From Tubulanus polymorphus (Eukaryota > Animalia > Nemertea), in the NCBI RefSeq assembly GCF_964204645.1, contig NC_134033.1:4302231-4366230 (forward strand): a DNA stretch of 64,000 nucleotides, in the 5' to 3' direction. The position numbers and the translations under genes were made by a program. Position 1 is the stretch's first letter, and every line of letters starts with the position of its first letter. This document shows, piece by piece, positions 13,075 to 27,100 of the stretch. Below the pieces are notes generated by a model. That model saw nothing but the letters and a program-made list of their open reading frames with translations, was not told the DNA's origin and ran no database searches.

Positions 13075-15050
13075 GTATCCCTTGTGAATGAGAAGTCGAG
13101 AGAAGCGGGAGGTCCTGGTACTGAAATAAATACCACAGACAAATTACTTATAAAATACGAATTGACATCTACTTGAAGACGACAACTAACAGCATTTCTA
13201 ACTGTTTAATGGATCTACAGTAAAAAAACATGTTTATCACAATATTCCTGTGTTTGAATTGACGATTAAGAGTTTATTAGATTGAGGGATTTTACCTGCA
13301 CACAAAGTCTGTATAGTTAGTCTCGGACTAGTCAGACTCGCAGTTGATATAAGTCGACTGTTCACTAATTTCTGTAGTCTAACAGCTATCCGATACCCGG
13401 TATTAGGAGTTGTAACCGTTACAACAGGTTATCAAAGCCAGATGGCTATAGTGCGCGTGGACCTGGTTACCACCGAGATCCCGTGTGAACTCGCGTATCA
13501 TAATCGTTAACACGTTTATAATTTTTGTTTTTAACTAGTTTAAGACTGTGCCTGTTCTCTCGTTTGTATATTTTTTTCCTTTTTATAGTAACATTTTGAC
13601 AGTTTGTAACATTCTCAACAGATTGAGTAATCATAATTAGTTCCCAGCCTGATTTTGGATAAAAGCCGTAACAAATTTCCTGTAAAATCAGTTCATCTTT
13701 GTAAGCCTGATGGTGCACGTCTCTCCGCTAAATAAATCGATATAGTCTGAAGAAAGGCCTTGCAGTAGGTCATTGCATGACAAAGGGACAGGACGACGAC
13801 TCTGCCTCGCTTTTGCCGCTTCAACCAGGGAACGCTGTTGACTCTGCCCGACTCGCTAATTTTGCCTCTGCCCGGTGACCCGCCTGGCTTTGCTTCTACC
13901 TTGACGACCCACCTGGCTTCTGCTTCAGCCCGGCCCCTTGCTTTGCTTCTGTCCGAGAACGAATACAGTCCTCCTCGCTCAATGGCTTCCTCACTCCCCA
14001 TCGACTGTCAGTGGAGTGAGCCCGAAACCCCGTGGTGTTGGACCGAGAACTCTCCCAACATTAGGAGTTAGACCAGTAATTGTGTGATGTGTAAGGACTC
14101 CTGCAGTTTCCTGTTTAGTCCTAGTGTTTTCTGATATCTTACGATAAACGACTTGATACTGAACGCTGACAGTACCCCGTCTTGAATCTACTACAGAACC
14201 CGAGTAAGCTGTCCAACTGACTTTTACACTGTTATCTGTCAGCGCAGACCTTGTTAATTGAGAAAACAACTTCAATTCTGAAAAAGAAATCGATGTTAAT
14301 ATCAGGTGAATCAAACAAAATAAAGGGTAAGGATCTTTTACTTTGGGTTTTTTTGACTTGATACATTTTGTATTCATATTGGTTACTATATTCAGGGAAT
14401 AGGGAGTGAGATTCTTAGGAATCTATGATTCAGTGTAATATATACCTGACTCGCACCATTTTCCGATGTAATTCTGTGAACAGCCAGATTCACAGATACC
14501 ACTCAAATAGTTACAACTTTCACTGTTGTAACATCTACATTCAATCATACATCCAAATGAGTTCGATCCCTTACTACAATCACAATCTCGCCTACCCCTG
14601 TTCTTGTGTTGAACGGTGACGTATTGTCCAACTAGAGGACCTGGGCTGCATGCTAATGTTTTATGTTTACCACAGAGGGGGGCCCTGGTAAGCACGTTTC
14701 TGGTTAGAAATAAACATATTCGGGTTATTTCCGACTCGAATTTCCAAATTGCGCGCACGTTTTTCTGAGAAAAATTAAGAAGCTTTGAAATATGACAGAT
14801 TACTCCATGAAAAGAGGAAATTAATGCACGAAATCAGGGAAGTTGAAGATTGCTTTGTGTGCAAAACAATTTTGTTCAAATTCTTTTGAAGAAGAAATAT
14901 GAAAATGAATTCATTGTTTTCGACAGGCGCACGGCCCCTAGAAATTTAAAGTTATCGACTGAAAATGTTGACACGTTGAAAAAGTTGATTCAAATTTTCC
15001 AATAACGTATTTTTTACAATGTTTTCATCCTTGGATACCACAGACACACA
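13075..15050 (-). pseudogene. Partial duplicate of the RPTP ectodomain exons (F-lectin exon 4, EGF exon 5, FN3 exon 6, start of exon 7)
   Basis: Colinear and highly similar to ~22912-24750. The FN3 exon is interrupted by a solo LTR, exons 4 and 5 are fused by a deletion at ~14585, and there are no signal, TM or PTP exons. Confidence 0.9.
13408..14060 (+). mobile_element. Solo LTR (TGTT...AACA-type termini, 5-bp TSD; BEL/Pao- or copia-like)
   Basis: TSD ttagg at 13403-13407 and 14061-14065. Termini (a)gttg...caaca; the twin copy at 51702 starts tgttg. Internal aataaa at ~13730. The empty site is visible in the intact gene at ~23186. Confidence 0.8.
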
Positions 15051-18000
15051 TATATACTATTTCTTTTAAAGGCTTATATATCGAGTCATCAATAATTGAT
15101 AAAATCAAACAGTTCGACAACAATGTAGAATTAAATCTGTAGCACGACCCGGCTTCGGGATTATATTAACTAAACGCACGTATCAGTGTTTCCAATTGTA
15201 TAGAAAACTATTAAGATGCTGCCTCTGATAATTAACTATTATCAACAATACCGGTACGTGGTCCTTATCTGCCACAGTCTGTTAATCTTAAACCAATGAA
15301 AACTGAATTCAGAGTCTGAATCGACCCACAAAATGTAGGTGCTAATCCTTACCTTCCTATGCATATTGTATACGATTGCTTCTCATAGAACCGCACAAAG
15401 CCTTTAATAGAAATAGTATACATACAAACATCATGGATGATAATACCGTGATGTCTAGGGGCTACTAGTGGTCAGTTTAGGATCGTTAACGGGGAAAACG
15501 AACCCATTGGCCATAATCATTATGATAAAATACTGTACCTTCGATTCTATGATAGCCTACCAGACAAGCTTTTCAGTAACTTCAACAATTAAAAACAACA
15601 ACTGGTTCAACCGAATAAGCCCTAATTTACACTGGCTAAAAATTCATACCTTGTTTCTCATTTCTGCTGAGCTTAACCGAAATGGTTAATTTACTAGAGT
15701 CCGTGGTCTATACCCCTCCTTTCAGTAATGATCTATCTATAAAGGTTCGCATTTTAGGCTAAAAAAATTGATACCTTGTTTCTCTCATTTCTGCTGAGCT
15801 TGTAAATTGACCGTCTATCTACCCTGTACATAACTGTTTTTTTTTAAATCATGATCAATCTAATAACAATAATAGACCCGACAGTTATAGAAATGAACTG
15901 ATTACAAATTTGATCATATTTTACGAATGTGACCCTCAGCCGATTAGGAGAAACAAAGTATAAATGTTCTATATTAGCCTAACTATAGTGAATTGTATAA
16001 CATAATGAAGAATAGAATGTGTTTTTCTTACCTTTAGCAATGGAGATACGTGACCTTCGTTACGCAGATAAAAACAATAGGAGAGCGAAAATAAACCTTA
16101 AGGAAGTAAATCTTAACGCCGCAAAACGATGTTACAATGTACAATCCAACTGCTTTCTTATGTATAATACTCGAATGTTCTGTCACATGAGTTTGAAAAA
16201 AAAACGTCTTCCTATTCAGGAGTGTATTATATAACTGACAATATAAAAGGTGCACGGTGTTAAATGAATATATGCGTCGCATCTGTGAAATCCGCGAAAA
16301 TGTCGCCTACCGGTCTACCAGGAAGTAAATTACGATTTACGTTATATATGTTTGAAAAAGAAAATAAAACTTCGCCGTTCAAAGGAAGACGTGTCTGAAC
16401 GGCGATCATTGAAAAACTCTGCGACAACTTCCACTTTTCAAAATGATAGATATGTTTTATTACGAAGAAAATTTTGGAAAAAATTAAAATGGGAAAATGA
16501 ACATTGGACGCGTCAAACGTGTGCGGTTCGTTACTCTTATTACAGTCAACAAGATGAGAAACCTTGCATTATCAAGTACAGACACCCATTTGAATGATTT
16601 TTATGTCGTTTAGAAATTATTTTGCTTCGAAAGTTTTTGATCCGCGATGTTTCATTTTGTAAAACGTGCTGTAAATCTTTGTAAATATATGTAGTGCGAT
16701 ATAAGAATAGAATGTCTTAACTTGACAACAAAAAATCACCACAATATTCTAAAGCATGTAATGAGCCACAAATGCTCAAAAGTTGGTGACAGATATGTTA
16801 GCTATCCACTGATTATCTCTAACCAACTGATCCCCGGAATCGTAGGTCATTACATGTTTCTTAATCGCTGTGATTATTTTTTGTTGATCCAAACACAAAA
16901 GAAAACTCCATTCCTAATAAACTAAATTCATTGTTAACAAAGTTTATCATATGAATCATATTGTTGAAAATTCAAAAATGGCTAATCGTGTCTTTTGTTC
17001 AACATCAGAAAAAGAAGACTTTTTGATAAACTATTTCCTAAAATAAATCTATGAGTTCATGAAAGACTTTCCTTTTGTAAAACAAATCAAGAACAAAATA
17101 AAACAAAACAAAACAGAAAGCACCGAATGTATTTCCGGAAATGAACTTTCTTTTGTAAAACAAGACAAAAATAAAAACATTAAGTGCAAACATAAACATC
17201 AAATTCAAATCAGTAAAAAGCCTACATATTGTATTCTAGATTATGTACAATATTCGAGTTCATTATGAATGTAAAATAATCAGTGATATTCATATGAGGA
17301 CTATGCGTTTAATCAGTATACGTGACGACAGGTAACAACTTACTGTTAGTAGTTAACTTGATTTTATATCAGAAATTACGAGTTTTAGCTACTAGTGTAA
17401 TATATGTATAGTTTAAACTTTACCGGATGAAAATTATGAGTAATTAGATTAATTGAAGATAGTTAATTAAGAGTGACTGAATTGATAATCACAGTATTAC
17501 ATTGTCATTATGAATTATTTTACGGTAACTTACTGTCAGTAGTTATCTTGATTTTATACTAGAAATTACGAGTTTTCGCTTTTACGAGTGTATATAAATG
17601 AAAGGTGGATAGGTGGATAACAGTGAGGGAAGGAAGTGGATGATACACGATGTGAACGCGGTGATTGCAAAAATGAGTGATGAGATTAAGATTAATTAAG
17701 AATATCTAATTAACAGTGATAATTACATAAATCATCTTTATATTATAATCTATTTCTAATGATAAATATCTAATATAATAATCTGTATTCACATTGAAAT
17801 TATAACATGATATAACACTCAGTTTTATAGATACATAATTAAATAGATATTTAAATTATATATTCATGAACAAGAATGTAATCGTGAAGATGTACAAAAT
17901 AAAACCGTTTCTGGAGTAGACCTAAGGTTCCTCAATACGAAAGCTACGTTAATCTTTATGTCCAAGAGATCGAGCAATATTTTGAATAAAACAATTTTAA

Positions 18001-18150
18001 AAGATACATGATTAAACTAGTAAGTGAATTTCGTTGCTTCATGTTCCAGCTAGTGGCGCCATCACTCGGTTAATGTCCGGTGTAAAGTAGCAGTTCAGGT
18101 GCCGTTTCTCAGATTCCCTTTTTTAATTGTTTGCTTTTCTTGTCATAATT

Positions 18151-21100
18151 CTAACTAAGGTTCACATAAGTGTCGAATCTTTGTAAATAGAATATCATCA
18201 AATCATGTAGAAACTTGTACTGTTCCTATAAATACGAAAACAAGAAAAATACATCAATAACATTACTCGTGAGAATACAAAGAAAATCGATTAATTTCTT
18301 ACCAAATTGGGAATGAATTGAGGTCGAGTCATTCGTAGTTTTTGTATGCAGTGATAAATGTCGATTTGTTCGCTAGATGGTGCCTTGGTGATCAGATCAA
18401 ATGCCGCGCAAAATAGTCCAGTTCTCGTTGTGCTGTCCCTGTAAAATTTACATTATCGTTGAAATATGTGATATTGTTTTGAACAATTGACTGTTGTTGC
18501 TAAGATACGAACATGCAATGTACAACAATAGGACTGGTCACATGTTCACTTGTAACTAATTTCACAAACTCGAATAGATATTGTACATCAGGAATTGACT
18601 CATCCTCAGGCCATCCTAAAAACTGGATCTGACGAATCTGACGCGATTCCTGTGAAATCAAAGAAATACAATTGATCTGATCAGGTCATAGTAAATAGCA
18701 ATGTCGAAGGAAATTCCGAAAAATACAGCCACCTATCTTTGAAAGGATGATACCGAAAAAAACTCAACATACATTCTGTTTTTGGAGGATCAGATCCCGG
18801 CGACCGATGGTCTTACAGAGCAGTGAAACTTCCTCCACAGTGATCGTAAAAGGATCGAATTTGATGCTTCCAAATGCAGGACTATAGCTTGCATATGTCT
18901 GAAATCAGAAGATGTATTTAGGAGATATCTAGCTAAGGCAGTGCTATACAATAGGAGTAGCCTTACTGGATCTATACTAAGCAGTGCTGCACTTAAGAAT
19001 AAGCCTTACCGGATCTTGTGGATATTCTTGATGCATCATTACGATAAGTTCACAGTTATAATCAAAGATCATTTGCCAGAAATCAGTAATTGTCTTTTGT
19101 AGTGGACTTTGTGTTGCTATAAACACACTGGCATCTGTGATCGTCTGTAAAAAGGAAAGTATTTTCCATTAGATTCTTACAAGTTATCGATGTCTCACCT
19201 AAAGAATATCTTGACTTAATGCCCCTCCACCAGAACTGCCCAGATATTCTACGGATGGCTATCAAATCAGAATCAAACTCACGTGCACAAATGAAGCATT
19301 AATGAACCCTTTTTGTGAGAGTTGCGGTTGATACTGTGCCTCAGGAAGGATGTCTTTGTATCGGGACTTGTTAACATTGTTGAGTAGTTTGGCCACTGCT
19401 AGTGATTCCTCGTCTTGAATTGGAGTCGACGCCTTCAAAACCTGCATTAGAAACCAACTCATTGAGAAACCTTTCTCCTTAAAACCAAATCAAGGTGACA
19501 CCATTTGGACACAAGGAAAAACGCTTCGGTTAATGATTTAATTGCTGCCATCCTAACTTTTGGCCAGGATCGAATCCTGCATCTCATTTTGGCCGATCTT
19601 AATACGTACTAGAAATTGTTCCTCTATTTTATCGGATACGTTTTTAGATACAGGACGCGTTGCCTTTCTTTCCTCGTATGATTCTCTGAAACTCGTGGTC
19701 GGGTATGCCACCGGTCCCAGTACCAGTTCCTCCAGTAGGATCTGGTGCACGAGAATGTACTGTTTCTAAAGTAGATAGTAATAAAGGAACACGTTGAAGT
19801 TTTCCATTTTGGAAGCGTGAAATGAGAGGCAGTAACTTTATTAAGATTTACCATATTTTGGATCATTTCTGGTCTTTGTTGTCGCAATTTCCTAGACATG
19901 TCGAATACGTTAACGAGTCCATCTTTCTTAGCTTTTTCAAGAAGCTGCTCCGTTGCGATATAACAACCTGTCCTTCCAGCACCAGCACTGAGAACACAAC
20001 ACGAACAATAACATTTCTCAACTTGTCCTTAACGGTAAAGGACTGGAAGATTTTCGAATTAATATACCTGCCATGAAGCAGCACAAGTCCCTGATCCGGG
20101 TCGGTAAGACGCTGTTTGATGAACTGTTGCATACGAACAAGAGATGAAGCCGGGAACGGTACATCATGATCCGGCCATCCTCGATAGTGACAAACTAACA
20201 GATTATGTGCTTGTTTGTGGCCACGCTATAACATTAATGAAACGTTACTCATCGGGAGAGATTAATCATTTGTAATACTAATGTGATACAAGGTATTGAA
20301 ATAGAGCCTCGTCAGCATGTTGTCAAAATCGATATCTGAACCAAGCTTATATAGATAGCAGAAATACCAACACCTTAGGCCACTCAGGGTAAAGCAATGG
20401 CATGATCATTACCTTTGTAATGGACAAGAAATGTACGGCAGCCGGAGGTTCAGTGTGTTTTTCCATTTTCTTTGCAACTTTTACTGTTATATCTCCATAT
20501 CGACCTTTCGTGTTCAGTTTTGTTGGCCAATATAAATGACACTTCACCTGCAAGTTAAAAATCAAAGGTACTTATTTTTCTACATTTTGCCTGTTTACGC
20601 TTCAGCATCTTAGATTATTTGTACAACCTTCTTATCTTTGCCTTGTCCTTCAGTCAGATCAGTGAGTACAATAATAGCTGGACATTTCTCTTGCCAAATC
20701 ATCCGCCAATGGTCATTGATTGTAGATGGCAATGGAGCTGAAAGAGCAAGTAAGATGGGTGAGCGCACAAGTAACACGAAACAATTGAATCATGAGACTT
20801 ACCCTGGCAAGCAATACATATCACATGACCAGCTAATCCCTGAAAAATGAAATTCAGAATTTCGGTTTATATACAATAGGAGGACAGGAAAACCATTGCA
20901 AGAGCATAGAAGGATTGATTCCTTACCCGAATATAATTGGCATTGATGTAATCTGATGATGGATCTTCACCGGTTTGTTCCAGAACAACTCTAGTCGAAT
21001 CATCTAGAAAAAACCACTCAAAGTCAATGAAAGTCAATAGAGATGTTTCACAAGGAAACTCTTGTATTTACGAAAGAACCTATGTCTATATGATGAACAG

Positions 21101-24100
21101 GCAATACTTACAGGCCAATATGTTTGGAAACCTGTTTTTCTCAGCATTTCCCACTTTCTCAGCGCAGACGCTCAATCCTCGTCTCAACGTAAGAACACTC
21201 TAAAGACAAAAGAGATCCAGAATATAATCATATGTCTTACCCACCAGCAGTCCCAACCTCCCTACAATTCTACCTGAAATTCTTCATTCATATTCTTCCA
21301 CGCATCAGAGCTCTTCATTAAGGTTTCTCCCAACAGGTCACAAATCATAGTAGCGCCTTTAGAAGCGATTTCGTAATGGTGATCCTCGCCATCTTGCGTT
21401 TCATCTACAGCATTCGGATCGTCATAGATATTGGAATCCATGGAGCTTTCTATATAGACAGGAATCATAGTGTTAAAACATAATTAGGCTTCAACTTTAC
21501 AAAACCTCACGGTCTTGAGACAAACCTCTTGAAAATGCAGAGTTTGCATTAGCTGTATTTTCTTGCCTCGATGATTTAGGACAATTCACATAAACAGCCT
21601 CTGCTTCTTCTCTCGCCAAAGGTTTTTCAATATTTTTATCGGAAGGTGAAATATTCCCCATCGATATTTCTACATTGTGCGATGTTCCTTTTGTTTTGAA
21701 TCCACCACGTCTGAAGAGTTAAGGCGTCCATATAATAATGAGTAACTGAATGAGGGGGTTACTTTTGTGAGAATAGGGGCATTGGGCGATTGTCAAATGA
21801 TTTGCATTGGACTATAGAGGTCGCCACTATTAACTCGTACCTCCAAACAATACATAGAGCAACAGCAACCAATAATAGTATTAAAACAACTGTCACAATG
21901 CCACCTATTATCCCTGCCTTACTAGACGGTGCTTTAACAGTGATTCTCTCTTGCTGTTGTTGTATTGGCGGATAATGCTGAAACGTTTCCTGAAAGATCA
22001 AAGAGAAATGGCTGGAGACACCTCCAATTTGTAAAATCCAATTTCCATTAAAAAACACATGAACTCACTCCGTTATAATTGACAATGATTCCTAAAATAA
22101 AACTGTAAGATTTCCCAGTTTCTAGAGGAGCATTAAAGTAACCACTATAGTTACGCGCATCGCCAACCATAAACTCAGAAGGGACTTCCGGTGGTAGAAC
22201 TGCAGTAATATAAACTGATAATCCTCGCTGTTTAGCTTCTCCGTACGAGACGTACTGTGATTGGTTGACTGCACGATTCCGGCGACGGTTGATTGGTCCA
22301 TCGTGTTTCTTCACGATCACCTCGAAACCGCTGAAAATCAGAGAAAAATTGTTTTATAAGATCATGCGTTATTTATAAATGAAAAAAAGAGGACACTTAC
22401 GTGATGTTACCAGTATTAACACGTGTTATTTGAAGTGTAACAGTCGTGTCTGTTACCGCTGCTTTCTTGACAACCAGTAGGGGAATTGCTATTTCACCTG
22501 AAATATCAGTAAGCGACAATGTTGACAAGTGACATCAATGAATACTTGAGGTCATTGTGTTCAAATTACTCACCTGTCCAAAAGCTTACACTGGCAGGCG
22601 ACCCTTCACCTTTTCTATTCAAGGCAAACATTGAACAGTTGTATCGAGTAAAAGGTATCAGTGACGTCGTTATGTCTAAAGTTGTGATGGAGCCTACGAT
22701 TTTAGGTTTGTTGATTGTTTTTATGTCTATTAAAGGTGTTGTGGAAGTTGTACTGATGGGTTCACACGTGAGCTGAAAACAGATAGGGACATGTAACAGT
22801 ATAGAGCAGGTGGTGCCCTCTACTGGACAGGACAAGTTAATTCCTACCCGATAATAGATGACATCACAATTTGGACTATTTGGTGCTGTCCCTGTCAATG
22901 TTGTTTTCAATGTATCCCTTGTGAATGAGAAGTCGAGAGAAGCGAGAGGTCCTGGTACTGAAATAGATACCACGGACAAATTAAGTAATGCGATGTGAAT
23001 TGACATCTACTTGGTGACGACAGCAACATCTTTAACTCAGTTAACAGTTTAAGAGTTAATTAGAATGAGGGGTTTTACCTGCACACAAAGTCTGTATAGT
23101 TAGTATTGGACTAGTCACAATCGCAGTTGATATAAGTTGACCGTTCACTAATTTCTGTAGTCTAACAGCTATGTTATACCCGGTATAAGGAGTTAAACCA
23201 GTAATTGTGTGATGTATAAGGTCTCCTGTGGATTCTTGATTAGTCCAAGTGTTTTCTGATGTCTTACTATAATCGACTTGATACTGAACGCTGATATTAC
23301 CATCACGTCCTGAATCTACTTCAGTACCCGAGTAAGCTGTCCAACTGACTTTTACACTGTTATCTGTCACCGCAGATTTTGTTAATTGAGAAAACAACTT
23401 CAATTCTGAAAAAGAAATCGATGTTAATTTCAGGAGAATTAGATAAAATAAAGGGTAAGGATCTTTTACTTTCGGTTTTTTGACTTGGTGTTATTTTGTA
23501 TTCATATTGGTTACTATATTCAGGGAATAGGGAGTGAGATTCTTAGGAATCTATGATTCAGTGTAATATATACCTGACTCGCACCACTTTCCGATGTAAT
23601 TCTGTGAACAGCCAGATTCACAGATACCACTCAAATAGTTACAACTTTCACTGTTGTAACATGAATAACATTCAATCATACAACCAAATGAGTTCGATCC
23701 CTTACTACAATCACCGGGTGCTAAACAGAAATTCAAATTTGATACGAAAAATATGAATCGTTCGATCTTTCGGAAATATATTCTCATTACAAGTCACTGA
23801 ATGTTTTTATGAATCGATCTAATTTTAACAATAATATAATCCATAAATGAATGGGTGCTTAAAACAAAATTTTGGTAATAAAGGGAGACTTCTTTTCATT
23901 TCAAAATTTTTCGACCGGGGGTAAATTCTATATACAAGTCACTGAATATTTTCGAGAAAAGCAAAATCTATTTCCATACTCTTTATAGTTTACACACATA
24001 TATAGTCATGTAAACTTACCGATATATTTGAACCCGATAACTTCTATTTCTGCCAGTACGAGATACTCCGCCTTACCGATGTTCTCGTGTTGAACGGTGA

Positions 24101-27100
24101 CGTATTGTCCAACTAGAGGACCTGGGCTGCATACTAATGTTTTATGTGTACCACAGAGAGGGGGGCCCTGGTAAGCAGATTTCTGGTTAGAAGAAAATAT
24201 ATTCGGGCTATTTCCGACTCGAATCTCCATGTTGCGCGCGCGTTTTTCTGAGAAAAAATTAAGAAGCTTTGAAATATTGCAGTTAACTCCGTGAAAACAA
24301 AATTATGCACGAATTCAGGGAAGTTGCAAATTGCTTTGGGTGCAAAACAATTCTGTTCAAGTTCTTTTGGAAAATAAGTTAAGGGGCCGTGCATAAAGTA
24401 CGTTCGCTTGACTTCCGGCTATTTTAACCCCTCCACTTCCACCCCCCTGCGTACATATAAGAGACCCCCTGTGAAACTGAATTAGACAGGATTCATGCTC
24501 TAAACAAGGAAAGCAGAGAATGGGAAATTCCCAGGAAATTTTACGAAATATAGGCCTATAAATAAATAGTAAAACCTTAAGAAAAAGCATGTACACTACC
24601 CCCCCCCCCCTCCCTACAGGCGCACGGCCCCTATCACAAATTTATAGTGATCGACTGAAAATTCTGGCACGTTGGAAAAGTTGATTCAAAATTTTCCAAT
24701 AACGTATTTTTAACGATGTTGCCATCTATGGATACCACCGACACATTGTTGTGGACAGATTATTGATCATTGACGACTCAGAGTTTGATATTTCGGTAGA
24801 GTTCAATATTCCAACTCATCTTGGTTAAACGTAGGGTAACTGAAAACAGTGAGAAACTGAGTCCGGGATATTTAGAATCCATCTATGATTGGTTAGTTTT
24901 GAAGATATTCCATCTACAAGACGGAATTTATATTCAACGAGACTTTTCCAGCTAGTTGAAAGTAGTATTTTTTCAGATTTGACCGAAATAATCAATGAAA
25001 TAATCAACAATAATAATTTGTACTCACTCCACGCGTCTCCAGGGTTATCGGTGCAACCAGTCGCGTCTGATCTATCCCAAAGTGTAACTTCATGTATCAC
25101 GTATTGAGTTCCGAGATCAATTCTAGTCCAGGCGTCTTGATGCTCACCAGTGAGACACAGATCATGATAAGCTACCGTTTGACCATCTGTACATTTACTA
25201 CCGTATGACCCGGAGTAAACGGATGACATCGTAACTGTTTTACCACGAGCCACGTTACCTACACAACACATTTTGTGAATGATAGATTTGAATTATTTCA
25301 CGATTTTTCAAAACATACAAAAACTAGAAAGAAACTTTTTAATAGGACGACGACAGAGAATAGAAATTATAAGTGGCACTCAGGTTGAATAGGTTGGTTG
25401 CTAAGGCTTACACACTGTAGTGCTTTTCAAACACATTTACAAGTCAGGTCCAAACGAAGTTCCACTGTTAGACAAAGAGTCTAACATATAATGCAAGTTT
25501 AAGGTATTACAGAGATTTAAGGCAAAACGGAGCAGTTAGCATCCTGCAAGTTTGAAAACTAGAGGGAAAAAGGTTCCGAGGCTCGATATATTGTAAGCTC
25601 GATCAACAAAATCGTTGTCGGTATGGATTGATATTGCCTTACATACAATTAGAGGGGTTGAGAAACGAAGGTATCATTTTAGCCATCGGTGCATGTTTAA
25701 TTAAAGTTATACTTACCATGACCACCGGACACAGTCGCCTCGGCACAATCGCCAAGAACCCGTGACATAGGCCAATGACCATGCAGTTCATGGGGTACAA
25801 GCTTCACATGCATGAAGCTGTTCTCAGACTGAACCATAGGCCAACTGCTAACTGTACTCTTAGGGCCTGGAGCTAGTCAAACGATCGACCAAGTGGAACA
25901 GAATGAATATTTACCAGCAGTCTCATAAGAATTCTTACATGATATCTTAAAGATTGATTATGGGAATCTTTCACTGGAAAAACTTTTGATAGATCAAGGA
26001 GAATGATACAAAACAGTGCGACGAGGGTGTAGGCCGGTTACTGACGAGTAGTTACCTAATCGTTGGTGGTTAAAGCTTTTATAATCGGATGTTTGTGAAA
26101 ATATCCGAACGTGAGACTAATATGGCTACAGTCGAAATTAAAACTAGTTACTGACGAAATAAAATTACCGACTTAAAGGTTTTAATGGTTTCACAAAAGG
26201 AATTTTTTCTAGTAAAAGTTATCGTGAATAATATTTCTTTTGCTAATTCAAGACCTTTTTGATATAACGAGCGTGTGGATTGTAGCCTACGCGCGACCCG
26301 CTCCATAAAACACTAACTAATACTGATACATAAACGGTGATCGCCGCGTATGTAAGTCGATATTGCCTACGGGACTGTAACTAATGTTATCGACGCGCGA
26401 TTTCATCACTGTGCCGCAAACTAGATACACATAATCGGGCTCTAAAAACGGATCGCTGACGCGAAAGTCCAAAAGAATTAATGACGATAAATCATTTTAC
26501 TCTCTTTGACACTTGAGGTATGTTCTGATTTACATCGAACAGGGATGACGGTCTATCAATACGCATAGAACTGTCTGACAAGAGGAAAAAAGAAAAAAAA
26601 GAGAGAAATAAAAAAAAAAAAATAGTAAGATAGTTATCAGCGTTGCTCGACGTACGAGTATCGATTCAACAGCAGCTGATGTTGAATCGATGTAGCACGT
26701 GTACTCGCCGAGTCCATATCACCAATGCGTAAACATTCAATTAATCCGCTGACACACATACACTATGAAAATACCGAACTTTCTGGCAATGATGACAAAA
26801 TAAATGCCCCGATATTTATCTACGGAAATATAGAGATTTAAATCATTATAGGCCTATGTAAAGTGTCATTTTAAAAATGTATGCGTGGCACTATTTTAAG
26901 CGCGGACTAATACAGATTTACGCCTAGACAGGGTCGGCACTACTTCAGAATTTCAATTTTTTTATTTCGGCAATATTTAATTAACCAAGTAACAAAAATT
27001 CTCCACAAACGAACTCAACCTTCTATGTTTCAAATTTAAGCGACTGTGAAAGTTTCAGACGCGTACGTTAAACGGACGTAATCGTTTGACGTGACGGATT

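Noticed and set aside
13467-14071. ORFs of 77-116 aa inside the 650-bp insertion and its twin at ~51740-52440
   Set aside because: They lie within a solo LTR, differ in frame between the twins, and show no gag/pol motifs.
15050-18100. Short ORFs and small direct repeats (15645/15772, 17338/17528) downstream of the RPTP
   Set aside because: AT-rich intergenic or 3' UTR sequence with no coherent exon chain or domain motifs.
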